This document shows positions 1-15,870 of a DNA stretch of 64,000 nt, piece after piece. This DNA comes from Dictyostelium discoideum (taxonomy: Eukaryota). Positions within the stretch are counted from its first letter, which is position 1. Every line of letters begins with the position of its first letter. The notes under the pieces are model-generated. The model did not search any database. It was not told the DNA's origin and saw only the letters and a list, made by a program, of their open reading frames with translations. The stretch lies in assembly GCA_000004695.1 (NCBI GenBank), contig CM000150.2, positions 3,232,001 to 3,296,000 of the forward strand, written 5' to 3'. Both the position numbers and the translations under genes were made by a program.

Positions 1-86
1 CATCCCTTTTGCTGCCCAACCCTGAATAATATATATATATATATATATAAATAATGAAAAAAAAAATGATTAAATTAGTAAATGTA

Positions 87-274
87 CACACCAAAATTAC
101 AATATCACTTGTGCAACCATTGGTGGGGGTAAATGGTTTACATACTGCAATAAATCCACTCTCTTTTTTAGTTTTCTCTTGTAGTTGATTTGCAAATGTT
201 TCCTTCTCTTTTGGATTTGTAGCAATAAAAATAGCACCAACTGCAATTAAACCTAAAATTTTACTTGAAAACAT
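87..274 (-). CDS. First exon of an unassigned gene that continues past the window start. ATG at 274..272; reads MFSSKILGLIAVGAIFIATNPKEKETFANQLQEKTKKESGFIAVCKPFTPTNGCTSDIVIL and then meets a GTGTAC/GTACAT donor.
   Basis: Reverse-complement translation from a true ATG with a hydrophobic N-terminus. The ORF ends at a GT donor near 87-100 and the downstream exons lie outside the window. No family recognised. Confidence 0.25.
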
Positions 275-491
275 TTCTTCTTTATTTAATTATTTTTTAC
301 AATAACTATTTTTCTATTTTTCTTTTTTTTTTAAAATGGTGATTTTATTTTATAATCCTAAAATTTCTTTTTATTTTTAAATTGTGTTTCCACAGGTGTC
401 TTAGTTATAGATTTTGAAAAAAAAAAAAAGAAAAAAAAAAATAAAAAAAATAAAAAATTTTAAAATTCCACAGGTGTCACTCTTATTTGTG

Positions 492-529
<38 letters not shown>

Positions 530-1163
530 TGATATTTATTTATTTTTTGAAATAATATTAAAAGATTGCTCTTTTTTTTTATTTTATTTTATTTTTTTTT
601 TTTAAAAAATACAAAAAAGGAAATTAAAAATTGTTTATTATTTTTTTTTTTTTTTTATCGAGCCTTTTGGCTTGAAATCTCAGCATTTTTTGTCATCAAA
701 TTCTAAAAATACTTGGCCCTCAAAAAAATTAAAAAAATACAAAAATAAAAAAAAAATAGAAATAAAAAAATAAAAAATTCTTTAAAGAATTTTTTTTTTT
801 TTTTTTTTTATAAAAATAATAATAATAATAATAATAATAATATATAAATAATAAAAATATTTATAAAAATAATAATAATTTTTTTTATAAAGAGTTTTTT
901 CTTCTTTATTAAAAATTAATTTTTTTTATTTTTTTTATTTTTTTTGTTTTTTTTGTAAAAACCTAACACGTTTATTGGATAAAAACAGTTTGTAAAAACT
1001 TGGGTTGCTAGGAAAAAAATTCCTTTTTTTTTTTTTTTTTTTTTTTTTTTTCGTAAAAAGCCTTGACCAAATTTTTTTTTTTTTTTTAACTTAAAAAATT
1101 TAAAACTGATCAAAATATCAAACTAACTCTATAACTTCTCTTTTTATAAAACAAATAATATAA

Positions 1164-3474
<2,311 letters not shown>

Positions 3475-3919
3475 ATAAAAAAAAAATAAAAATAAAAATA
3501 AAAAAAAAAAAATCTAGAAAAAAAAATCTAAAAAAAAATAAACCATTGTTTTGAATTAATTTTATTTTTTAATTTTAATTTTAATTCTATTTTTTTTTTA
3601 AAAACGAGTTCCGTTTGGATATGATTATAATTATTAAAACAATTCCAACAATCTTAAAAATAAATAATAATAATACTTATTTTTAAAATTAAATAGATGA
3701 ACCAATTTAATTAAGAAGAAAAAGAAAAAGAAGAAGAAGAAGAAAAGGAAGAAAAGGAAGAAGAAAATGAAAATGAAAAACCAAAATTCTTGTTAAAAAA
3801 AATAATAAAAAAATGTTGAAAATCGTTTTTTTTTTTTTTTAAAAATTCCTTTTTTTTTTTTTTTTTTAAAAAATAATCTAACCCTAAAACCTCACTTTTT
3901 GTAAAGCAAATAATAAAAA

Positions 3920-4127
3920 ATGGAGTTTTCAACCAATTCAATAATTATTTTTAATATTATAAAATATTTAGATGTTGATGATATTTTTTCCTGTGAATTA
4001 GTAAATAAATCTTGGTTAAAAGTTTCAAATAAAAATAAACTTTGGGAAATTTTATTTTTAAAAAATATTTTTAATATTGATGATTATTTTAATGAATCTA
4101 CAATTTTTTCAAAAGGTTTATTAATTA

Positions 4128-4212
<85 letters not shown>

Positions 4213-6114
4213 AAATAATAATAAAAATAATAATAATAATGAAAATAATAATGAAAACAATAATATTAAAAAAAAGACCATTGGATAACGAAACAATTTT
4301 AGAAAGTTTATCACCTAAAATATTAAAATGTGATAATAATAATAATAAAATAAATAATAATAAAAGTGTTGATTGTATTAAAATTAGAGATTTATATAAA
4401 ATTAGTTTTCCACATCATTATAATAGATTATCAAATTTTAATAAATTAAAAAATAAAGGAATAATTTCAGATGATGGTGTTTGGAATAGTGAAAATCTTA
4501 GCCAAAATTTTAAACACACAACTTCAGCATTTAGTATTTTATCATCTTTAAAAAGTGATTCGTATTCAATTAAAAATGATTCAAAAGTAATTTTATTATC
4601 ATTTTATAGTGATACTGGTTACGATGAGAGTTATTGTTATAAATATGATACATTTCAATATTTAATTTGTATTCCAAATAAAATTGAATCAATTAATGGT
4701 GAAATAAATTTAGAATATTCAAGATTTATCAAAGCATCATTTAAAATCTCTTCAAAATATGATTATTATGAACAGTAAGTATATTAATTTATTATTTTTT
4801 TTTATTTTTTTAAAATTCATACATGTTTTTTTTTTCGATTCTAACATATTATTTATTTTTTATTTTTAGTTTTGAAAATGATGATTCTGGATATGATGGT
4901 GTTTTATTAAAAGATGAATCATATTATGATTTTGAATTATTCGATATTAACGAACCAACATTTGATGATGATGATGATGATGATGGTGATGATGGTGGTA
5001 ATAAAAAACTATCATTTAAAAATTATGATCCAGAATCAATCGAATCAGAAGCTGGAATTTCAGTATTTGAATTATGGTTTGGTAAATTTAATGAAAGTAA
5101 TCAAGAAGAGGTTGAATATGTTAAAGAGAGTTATGTTAAAGGTTTAGTTGAATTTTCAAGAAATTCATTATCATTTTCATCATATTATTATCAAAATAAA
5201 TTTTTCCAACTCACTGGTTTTAATAGAGAAGAACGAACGGATAAAAGAGTTCCCTTTGGATATGATTACAATCATTTATTTTCATCAGTATATCCAATTA
5301 AACAAAATTATAAATTATTCAATGATAGTGTTGAAAATAATCAAAAATTTAAATTAACTGATATTTCAAAAACACCAAAAGATGTTAAAACACTTTTACA
5401 AAATATCATATGGAAAAATAGTATTTTTTTTTTAACTGAATATTATGTAAGTTTTAATAAATAATAGTAATAAAATAATAATGATAAATAATACTTACTT
5501 TTTTAATACTAAATAAATAGATTAAAAAATTTAATAAAGAAGAAGAAGAAGAAGAAAATGAAAAACCATATTTTGGCAAAGGGTTGGGTCAATTTGTAAG
5601 GGAATCAATAATTTTAGAAAATGAATTATCATTTTCAGAAGATTATTATTCAGCTGGAATGATTTCTTCATATGATTTTAAATTCTTAATTCCATATGAT
5701 GACAATAATAATTTAATTATTAATCTAAAATATTATGATAGTAGTTTTAAAGAAGAAATTAATTTCACTGTTGAAGATAAATTAGTTAATTCTAATAATG
5801 GATGTTGTATTTCAGAAAGATATGGTTTTAATAATTTATATTCATATGAATTACAGGAAGAAAGAGAAAAAATTCGATATGATAAAAAATTAATTTCTGA
5901 TGGAATTGATTTGAAAAGTTTATCATTCTCTCAATTTATCTCACTATTACTTAAAAAGAAATATCCAAATATTTATTTTAAACTTTCAGATGTTTTTGCG
6001 GTTTCAGGTTTTGATTGTTTAATTGATTTTACTGATGACGAAAATAAAAGTTTAAAACCAAAAATTGATAAAGTCGCAAATTTTAATTGTTTAGCTAAGA
6101 TTTCAAATGAATAA
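3920..6114 (+). CDS. F-box protein, tandem copy 2. Exons approx 3920..4774, 4870..5446, 5521..6114. Exon 1 has one extra A in an A8 run near 4268 (copy 1 has A7), which causes a frameshift. The coding sequence is otherwise about 675 aa.
   Basis: About 90% nucleotide identity to copy 1 across all three exons and both introns. Splice phases are consistent (exon 1 ends ...GAACA|GTAAGT; exon 2 starts after TTTTTAG). The overlapping ORFs 3920..4288 and 4209..4778 are the two frames on either side of the homopolymer indel. Confidence 0.6.
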
Positions 6115-6189
6115 ATAAATAAAATAAATAAAATAAAAAAATAAATAAAAAAAAAATAAAAATAAACCATTGTTTTTTTAATTAATTTT

Positions 6190-6226
<37 letters not shown>

Positions 6227-6289
6227 TTCTATTATCAAGAAAATCATTATCCAATTAAAGAATTTAAAAATTATTCAATTATTTTGTTC

Positions 6290-6620
6290 ATATGGAAAAA
6301 TAGTATTTCTTTATTCATCAATAAATTGTTTAAGTTTTAATAAATAATAAATAAATAAATAAAAATAATAATAATAAATAAATAGATGAACGAATTTAAC
6401 CATGAAGAAGATAATGAAAAATCAAATTTTGGTGAAGGGTTGGGTGATTTTTTTGTGAATCCATAATTTTAGAAAATAAATTATCATTTTCAGAAGATAT
6501 CCCTAGTGGTCTTGGTTATTTAATTGATTTTACTGATTAAGAAATTAAAACCAAATATTGAAAAAGTTGGAAGCTTAAAAGATTTATCATAAGAAAGTAT
6601 TATAAGAAATGAAAGATTTT
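6290..6620 (+). pseudogene. Degenerate third copy of the F-box gene family. It retains only the exon-2 tail, the intron and part of exon 3, with internal deletions.
   Basis: Recognisable homology to 5400..6114 (catatggaaaaatagtatttc... gtttaagttttaataaataata ... aaatcaaattttggtgaagggttgggtgattttttt ... ttatcattttcagaagat ... ttaattgattttactgat). Several stop codons and deletions are present. Confidence 0.55.
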
Positions 6621-6692
6621 AAATAAATAAAAATTAAATAAATAAAAAAAAAAATAAAAAAAATAAAAAGATAAAAAAAAAAAAGTTTTTAC

Positions 6693-6731
<39 letters not shown>

Positions 6732-7823
6732 GTGCAAAAATTAAAATAATTAATTGATTATTAAAGAATTTTTTTTAAAAATTATAATATATATATTGAT
6801 ATTTCAAATATAGATTATTTAATTTTAATTTTTTTAAAGTTCAAAATTCAAATTTTAAAATTATATTTAATATCAATCTATGAGATAGTTTCAGATTAAA
6901 AGATTTTAAAAAAAAAAAAAATTATAAAAAAAATTATGTAAAAATTAAAAAAAAAAAATAATGAATATCGTATGTGGTAATGGCTTAAGAATTTAAGATA
7001 AAAATAAAAATGAAAAAAAATAAAAAAATAAAAATGTAAAATAATTATGGAAATTAAGATAAAAATAAAAATCAAAAAGACAGGTTAAATGTCATCATTG
7101 GATATTTCCAACGAATTTTTTTTTTTTCAATTTTTTATTTTTTTTTATTTTTTTTTTTTTTATTTTTTTTTTTTTTTCATTCATTTTTATTTTATTTTAT
7201 TTTTTTTCCATTCAAAAAAAAAAAACACATATATTTTGTATCTATTTATTTTTAATAAAAAAAAAGGTGAAAAAAGGTAAAAAGATTTTTTTATTTATTT
7301 TTATTTTATTTTTTATTTTATTTTTTATTTTATTTTTGTTTTTTTTTATTTAAAAAAAAAAATAAAAAAAAAAGATTTTGTTTTTTTTTTTATTTTTCAA
7401 TTTTAACACACATGCCTATACATATAAGAAGAAAATTAATCTATAAGAAGAAAATTAATCTATAAACTATTGAAGATAAATAAAATCTATTTGTGTGTGT
7501 TTTATTTTTGTATTACAACTTTTTTTTTTTTTTCATATAAAATATTGTCACTAACATCACATTTTAATCATTAAAATAAAAAATAAAATAATAATAATAA
7601 AAAACTATAAATTAAATTAATTTATTAAATTAATTTATAAATAAAAACAACAAACAAATTTTAAATTAATTTTATCATTTTTTAAAAATTCTAAAACTAA
7701 CACCTAAATCATCAATTATTAGTTATAGAAATTTTTCATTATAATAATAATAAATAATAACAATATCAATAATAATATAAATAGTAATAGGAAATATATT
7801 ATAGGTTTTTTTTTTATTGAAAA

Positions 7824-8771
7824 ATGATGGAAGATGAAACCAAAGATAGTTATTTAGTTAAATTATTCAATGAATTTGATACTCGTAGTACAGGTTATTT
7901 AGAATATGACCAATTAAAACAAACTGTTTGCAAAATTACTGGTAGATCTGATTTCACTGTAGGTACTTTTTAATATTTAGGTATTAACCTAAAAAAAAAA
8001 AAATTAAAATATCTAATTATTTTTCTTCTCTTTCTTTTTTTTTATTTTTTTTTATTTTTTATTTTTTTTTTATTTAAAAAGGATGAAGAATTATCAACAT
8101 TATTAAATAAATTTGATACAGATAAAGATGGTAGAATTAGTTTAGATGAATTTTTAAATGGATGCAATAGTAATTCAATTGTTGATGAAGAAGATATTCA
8201 AACCTATATTTCAACGAGTAATAATAATAGTAGTTATAAATCATCAAATTTGAATAATTTATCAACTATTTCAACACCAGTTTTAAATGGTAATGGTAGT
8301 AATGGTATTCATCATAGTCATCTCGATGATGATGATGATGATAATAATAATGACGAAATAGAAGAGAATTCAATGATGAATGAAATTGGTGATTTAAGTA
8401 ATGATCAAGAGAAACATTTGAAATTTATTTTCTCATTATTTGATAAGGATGGTGATGGGTTAGTATCAATTGAACAATTACGTAATATGTTGGAAGATAT
8501 TAAAGTGAAATCCATTCAAGATGGTAATGGTGATGAGTTTGATAATGATAATGATGATGACGATATCGATTATATCATTAATACATTGTCAGCTGATGGT
8601 AGTAAAACAATTTCATTTGAAAACTTTATGAAAGCAATTGAACACATTAATTCACCAACACAATCAGTAATCACTGGTGGTTCACCAATGCATAATGATA
8701 CAACAGTTTTTGATGGTCCACATTCTGATAATGAATTAGAAGATGCTGATAATAATAATATAGATAATAAC

Positions 8772-8811
<40 letters not shown>

Positions 8812-11313
8812 GTAGACCAGATAGCCCAATAGTAACATCACCAGATAAAAAATCAACTAGAAATAGAGGTAGAACTAGTTCATGGGTAGCACCAGTTGCA
8901 ATTGTAAATATGATAAAGAGAAGAACAGATTTATATAGTAAAGATCAAATTCAAGTGTTTGATAGTAATGATAATTTAGCGGATAAATATAAAAAGGAAG
9001 CAGCATTGTTACGTACTGAAAAGGAGCATTTAGGTTCAAAGTTACATTTATTCGAAGGTCAATTAAAAGAGGCAAGAGAAAGTCAAGAGAAGTTATCCGA
9101 AGATAATGCTCAATTGAAGGAGTCCATTACCATTGGTAAGAAAACTTTAATTGAAAATCAAAAACTATCAAATCATAATAAGAAATTACAAGAACATATC
9201 GAAGATCTAAAGAAACAACTATTGGAATACGAAGATCAAAAAACTGAATTGGTTAAAACTCAAAATAGAATTAAATTGGATAAACAACAAATCTATCAGG
9301 AATTACAACAAAAAGAAAAAGATTTAAAAGAAAAGGAAGAATCAATTAAAGAATTACAACAACAGCATCATCAACAATTAACTCATTCAAGTAATGCTAT
9401 TTTACAATCTTCAATTAATAATAATAATGATTCAAATAATAATAATGTTAATGGTGTAACTACTGTTGGTGGTGCTGGTGAAAATGTAAATAATCAAAAT
9501 GGTGTAAATAGTACAAGTGGTGTAAATATTGAAATCGATGTAAATAGTGGTAGTAGTGGTAGTGGTAACAGTAATGGTAATGGTATTAATAAAATACAGG
9601 ATAGTCATGATTTAAGATCAGTATTAATATTGGAGAATGAAAAAGCTCAAGAAACTATTAAATTTTTAACAGAGGAATTAAAGAGATATCAAATTAAGAG
9701 TAAAGGTGATAGAGATTTAATTCAAAAATTAAAAATTAATTTAGAAGAAGCACAAAGTAATACAGTTTCAAATTCTGATCCAAATCTTAGATTATCTTTA
9801 TTATCAGAATTAGAACATCAAGTTGAAGCAAGATTAGGTAGTACTCCATTGAATTCAAGTTTTATGGAACAATTTATTGACCAACAACAACAACAACAAT
9901 CACCTTTATCACAACGTTCAATTTTAAAGAAATCAACCTCAAAAACTTCATCATTAGATGATGATGGTGATTTAATTTTAAATGATAATAATGATGATGA
10001 TGATGATAATAATAATAATGAAGATAGTGATGATAATAGTAATAATAATATTAAAAAAGATAATGAAATAAAACAATTAAAATCAACATTAGAAATAGAA
10101 ATTAAATTAAAACAAGGATTAATTGAATTGGTTGAGCAAAGTAAGAATGATAATCAAAAATTGGAACAAATGACATCATCATTAAAACAATTGAATTTAG
10201 AGCTAACTGATAAACATCAACAACAAACATCACAACTTTCAAAGATGGTAGAGGATTTACAATCACAAAAGGAACAATTGAATCAACAAGTTGTTGTCTT
10301 ACAACAATCCAATCAAGTAAACAATCAAGAGTTATTGAAAACAATCGATCAATTACAACAATCAATCAATGATAAACAAAAACAATATGATCAAACCATT
10401 ACAGAGTTAACCAATCAATCAAATACTGAAAAATTACAATTACAATCACAAATTCAATCACTTCAATCAAATATTGATCAATTAAATCAATTAAAAAAAG
10501 AACAACAATTACAAAAAGATGAATTATTATTAAAACAACAAAAACTTGAACAACAAATTGAAAAATATGAACAACAACAACCACCACCACCAAATCAAGA
10601 TGAAGAAATTCAACAATTAAAACAAACCATTGAATCAAATGAAGATGAAAATGAAAAACTTTTAAAGAAAATTGAACAATTAGAATTTGAAAATCAAAAG
10701 ATGTTATCACAACAACAAATCTTTGCAAAATCAATTGAAACCCCTTCCAATCTATCAGATCCAATTAATATTAAAGCTGGTCAAACTCAAAATGAATTAT
10801 CATCACTTAAACAAAGATTAGAGGAATTGGCTGCAAAGAATAATAATTTACTTTCAGAGAATACTCAATTAAAGAATTCTTTAACACCAGTTGATTCACC
10901 ATCAACTTCACAAAGAGAAATACCAACTACAAATGACATCAATGATTATAATTTGGTTAAATCAACATCAGCAACATCAATTGAAAATCTTCAAAATGAA
11001 ATTTCATCATTAAATACTTTAAATCAACAATTACAAAATGATTTAAAGAAATATGAATCAAAGGCACAATCACATCAACAACAACAATTACAACATACAA
11101 ATAGTACCATTAATTTGATCGATGATTTAAAGAAAGCAAATGAAATTTCAAATGAAAAATTTAGAACTTTAGAATATGAAAATTTAATGGTCAAAGAAGA
11201 TAATAAAGATTTACAAAATAAGAATCAATTATTACAAGATAAAATTGATTCAATGAAAGTTGAATTTGAAAATAATTTAAATCAAGTTCAAATTAATGAA
11301 AAGGTAAGCAATT

Positions 11314-11351
<38 letters not shown>

Positions 11352-12143
11352 CAATCATCTTTACATTTCTATCCATATAAATATTATATATATATATATA
11401 TAATATAATTTATATATACATATCATATATATATATATATTCTCCTTTTTTTTAATTATTTATTCGATTTTATTTTTATCAACTTCAAATTTCAAATTCC
11501 TTCACTCTTTTTATACACCAAAAAAAAAAAAAAAAAAAAAAAAACAATAACTCAATCACAATTATTTTTTAATGGTAAAAAAAATGGGGGCATTGGTGGT
11601 GAGATGTTTAAAAGGGAAAAGAGAAAAATGAATGATAAAATTATCAAATTAAATTTCATCACTTGAAAGGAATATTAACATATAATATTTTTATTTTATA
11701 TTTATACATATATTCATATATATAATTATATATAAAATTATCACTACCTCCCCTTATTTATTAAAAACCACTTTATATATTATAAATTATCAATCAACAT
11801 ATATATATATACACACAACACAATACACACAAATTATTATTTTTAAATTATTTTTTTACTAACATTTTAGAAATCAAAGCTTATCAAAGAAATCGATGAT
11901 TTGAAAGCAAAATTAAAGAAATATGAAAATGATAGTGATCATCACCAAATTGAAATGGAAGATGAAACTAAATCATTAAAAGATAGAATTGATGATTTAT
12001 CAAATAAATTACAAAATGAAAAGAATTTAACAAAACACCTTCAATCACAATTAAACTCAATTAATAATGAAAGTGATGACCAAGCTCCATTAATTGGTGG
12101 CCATGTTAAACAAAAGAAGAGAGGTTGTTGTACAATTCAATAA
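7824..12143 (+). CDS. EF-hand (about 4 EF-hands) / long coiled-coil protein with a C-terminal CAAX box (CCTIQ). Exons approx 7824..7958, 8082..11303, 11871..12143; about 1209 aa.
   Basis: EF-hand loops: FDTRSTGYLEYDQL, FDTDKDGRISLDEF, FDKDGDGLVSIEQL, DGSKTISFENF. There is then about 700 aa of heptad-rich Q/E/K/L sequence. Exon 1 ends in a GTAGGT donor and exon 2 follows an ...AAAAAG acceptor in frame. Exon 2 ends GAAAAG|GTAAGC. The last intron is unusually long (about 567 nt, TA-rich) and ends TTTTAG; exon 3 continues the coiled coil and ends CCTIQ*. The last intron is an inference. Confidence 0.6.
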
Positions 12144-12375
12144 ATAATAATATAACACAACCAATTTTAAAAAGGAAAAAAATACAAAAAATAATAACAT
12201 ATATAATATTAAAGAGATAAATATAAATTTTCTCAATACATAAAATAAAAACTATAATAAACATATACGTATTTATAACATTTTTTTTTTTTTTTTACGC
12301 ATATTATAAGATTTATTATATAAACTTTTTTTTTTTTTTTTTTAATAATAGAATTGTGAGTGTAAAACAATTTGT

Positions 12376-14357
12376 TTAGGCTGGAATTTTGGAAACTTTT
12401 GATTCTCTTTCCCAAACACGATGATGAGCAAGTGAATAAAAGAATTGTTCAGTGATATCTTTATAACCATTACCAAGTAATAAACCATGATCTTGAGGTA
12501 AACGAAGTAATTCTTTAATCACCGATACAGAACCACCAAATGCAATGGTTTTGAGATGTTTAAAGGCTTCAAGAATGTAATGAAGGAAATTACCATCATC
12601 AGAGAGGATTTTAGTGGCTTCTTCTGTTGATTTTGGAACATAGACTGCATCAAAGAAAATGGAAGGGTTACCAATGATTGTACCTTTTGGAGATAACATT
12701 TCACCACCACTACATTCTACTTGTGCCAAAGTTGAAGAGACTAACATTACCATTGCACCTCTTTTCTCCATATCATCTTTGAAATTGATAACGTCATCAT
12801 AGTCAACACCTTTTTCAATGATAACTGAAATTCTACGACTAACGATATCACCAGATAATAAATTTGGTTGAGATAAAGCTGGTGATGGTTTTACCATAAT
12901 CTTCTTGATTGGTTTGGTTGAAGTTGGTTCAATCTTTACACCAAGATTCTTGGCAACTTTTTCAGCGAGTACTGAATCAATGTTTACCAAGATATTGTTA
13001 ACATAACGTGTACGAACTTCTGGTCTTGAACATTTTGATATCTCAAAAGTGTATGCGGCGATGATGTGATTCTTTTCATGTTGAGACATACTATTCCAAA
13101 ACATGGTGGCTTGTGAGAAATGATCTTCAAAAGTTTCACTTCTATCATAGGATTTGGTACCACTGATATTCTCTGGATAAGGTCTGAAGCCACCTTTATT
13201 TGCTGATGGTTCCTTTAGTAATGGATAGCCTTTATCAATTGAGTTTGGGAAATAACTTGCACCACCTTTATTGATTGTCATACGATGAATACCATCTCTT
13301 TGATTATTAGCAAATGGACATACTGGTCTGTTGATTGGAATTTCATTGAAATTGGGACCACCTAAACGTGATAGTTGAGTATCTAAATATGAGAAAATAC
13401 GACCTTGCAACAATGGATCATTACTGAAATCAATACCTGGCACCACATGAGAGACACAGAATGCCACTTGTTCAGTCTCTGCGAAAAAGTTATCTGGATT
13501 TCTATCGATAACCATTCTACCCAATGGAATTACTGGTGTCAATTCTTCTGGAATTAATTTGGTTGGATCTAAAATATCGAAATCAAATTTCTTTTGTAAA
13601 TCTTCATCCAATAATTGTGCACCCAATTCCCATTGTGGGAAATCACCAGACTCAATATCTTCCCAAAAACGTCTACGATGATAATCACAATCTTTACCGG
13701 CAATCTTTTGAGCTTCATCCCAAAGCAATGAGCATGTACCAGACAATGGTTTCCAATGAAGTTTTACAAATGTACTCTTTCCTTCTTGATTAATGAAACG
13801 GTATGAATGAACACCGAAACCTTGTTGATGACGAAGTGAAATTGGGATACCACGATCTGACATTACCCATAGTACGCTATGAGCACTCTCTGGTTTTAAT
13901 CCACAGAAATCATAAAAAGTATCATGAGCACTTCCCCCAGTTGGCATTTCATTCTGTGGTTCCATCTTTACTGCATGTACAAAATCTGGGAATGAACTTG
14001 CATCTTGAATAAAAAACACTGGCATATTATTACCAACTAGATCATAATTACCTTCGTCAGTATAGAATTTCACAGCAAATCCATGAACGTCACGAACTGT
14101 ATCAGCTGATCCTCTTGGTCCTTGAACTGTTGATATACGAATGAAAACTGGTGTTTTCTTATCTTGTTTACTCAAGAAATCTGCTTTTGTTAATTTACTA
14201 TGATCCTTATAAGAAAGAAAATAACCATGAGCTCCTGTTCCTCTTGCATGAACAATTCTTTCTGGAATTCTTTCATGATCAAAATGAGTTATCTAAAATA
14301 AAAATAGAAAAAAGTATTATGAAAATAAAAATAAAAAAAATAATTAATATGTTTTAA

Positions 14358-14391
<34 letters not shown>

Positions 14392-14648
14392 TAATAATTT
14401 ATTTTTATTACCTTTTCTCTTAAAACAAAATCTTCCAAAAGAGTTGGACCTCTTGGACCTGCTTTTAATGAATTTGCATCATCTGATAAAGAAACACCAG
14501 TATTTGTTGTTGAATAAACTGGATTCTTATCATTTGTTTTGAATTTTTCAAGTTGTTCTATTTAATTTTTTAATTTTTTAATAATAATTTATATAAATAT
14601 AATAGTAATCGTAGAAAATTATTAATATTTACCTAATTTCTTATTCAT
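12376..14648 (-). CDS. catB: Catalase, large-subunit type, with a C-terminal class-I glutamine amidotransferase-like domain (catalase B). Exons on the minus strand approx 14648..14633 (16 nt), 14557..14412, 14292..12376; 692 aa.
   Basis: Core catalase motifs FDHERIPERIVHARGTGAHGYF, RIFSYLDTQLSRLGGPNF and VVPGIDFSNDPLLQGR, plus an extended C-terminus. Splice sites are GTAAAT.../...TTAAATAG and GTAAT.../...ATTTTAG. The total coding length of 2079 nt (692 aa) fits Dictyostelium CatB; that size match is recalled, not computed. Confidence 0.85.
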
Positions 14649-14791
14649 TTTTTATTTGATTAGAATTAATAATATGAAGGAAAATAAATAAAAAAATTAT
14701 TTTTGTTTTTAAATTTATTTTTTTAATTTAATTTTTTTTTTTTTTATTATGAAGTTTTATTTTTTCCTTTTTCAGATAAACTTTTTTTATA

Positions 14792-14850
<59 letters not shown>

Positions 14851-14914
14851 GGGTTAATGCTATAAGAGGGGTTCATTTCAAAAATAGCCCAATGAAATTA
14901 CTATTTTTTTTTTA

Positions 14915-14962
<48 letters not shown>

Positions 14963-15123
14963 TATTACATTAGGTTTTAAATTACACAAATCAATACTAA
15001 AATTATTGATATTGTTTTTTTTTTTTTTTTTTTTTTATACATTGTGAAATAATTTATTTAATTTTTTATTTTATTGAGTGACCAATTTATTTTTTTTTTT
15101 TATTTTTTTTTTTTAGTTTTTTA

Positions 15124-15418
15124 TTATTCAATTGGGTCAAATGTACTTAAAATAGAAATATCATCCTCTGAATAATTTTCAGTGAAATTTTTAATTTTGT
15201 CATTTAATGAATTTTTGTTTGTTTTGTTTAAAAATGAACTCTTTGTTATTTTTCTTCTTGACTCCATAGCATCTGGATTTGAATTTTTACGTTCATCATA
15301 ACCTTGAAATCTTTTTTTTTTTAAATCTATAATTTTAATTAAAAAAAAAAATTCTTTTTTTAATAAAAAATTAAAAATATGGAAAAAAAAAAAAATACTT
15401 ACCAGATTGATTATCCAT
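15124..15418 (-). CDS. Possible small two-exon gene of about 64 aa: MDNQSGYDERKNSNPDAMESRRKITKSSFLNKTNKNSLNDKIKNFTENYSEDDISILSTFDPIE*. It has a 16-nt first exon (15418..15403) and a second exon 15302..15124.
   Basis: ATG, then GTAAGT donor, a 99-nt AT-rich intron and a TTCAAG acceptor. The frame stays open for 60 codons in an otherwise homopolymer-rich intergenic region. No family recognised, so this may be spurious. Confidence 0.3.
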
Positions 15419-15870
15419 ATTTTATTTGAATATTTATAATTATAAAATTATAAAGGAAAAGAAAAGAAAAGAAAAAAAAAAATAAAAATAAAAAAAGAAA
15501 ATTACTAATACATTCCATGAAATAATTTTAAAATAGTTTTTTTTTTTTTTTTTTTAATTTTATTTTTTTATAATTTTTTTTTTTTTTTTATACTTATTTG
15601 GAAAAATCTAAAAATATTTTCCATTTTTTTTTTTATTTTAATTTTTTTAAAATTAATGTTTATTTTTACATTTTATTTTTCTTTTTTTTTTTTATTTACC
15701 TTTTTTTTTTTACCTTTATTTTTTTTTTTACCTTTATTTTTTTTTTTTAAAAAAAATAAAAAACTAAAAATATCAAAAAAAAAAAAAAAAAAAAAAAGTT
15801 TCGTTTTTATTTTATTTTTATTTTAATTTAGATTGATTATTTAGATTTGTAAATTTATACAAAAAAAAAA

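Noticed and set aside
414-1113. Short ORFs made of K/F/N/I homopolymers in intergenic DNA (414..605, 916..1113, 7089..7280, 45399..45728, 45893..46120, 46541..46979, 52572..52832, 53591..53788, 54180..54986, 26792..27079, 27243..27425, 31557..31823, 32887..33377).
   Set aside because: Pure A/T homopolymer or microsatellite translation in AT-rich spacer. There is no complexity, no plausible start and no homology.
8570-10764. Several 60-120-aa minus-strand ORFs inside the EF-hand/coiled-coil gene (8570..9075, 10102..10764).
   Set aside because: Antisense of an A/G-rich coding strand. Hydrophobic low-complexity translations, not genes.
12233-12415. ORF 12233..12415 (minus) overlapping the 3' end of catB.
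   Set aside because: Out-of-frame K-rich low-complexity reading in the catB 3' UTR / stop region.
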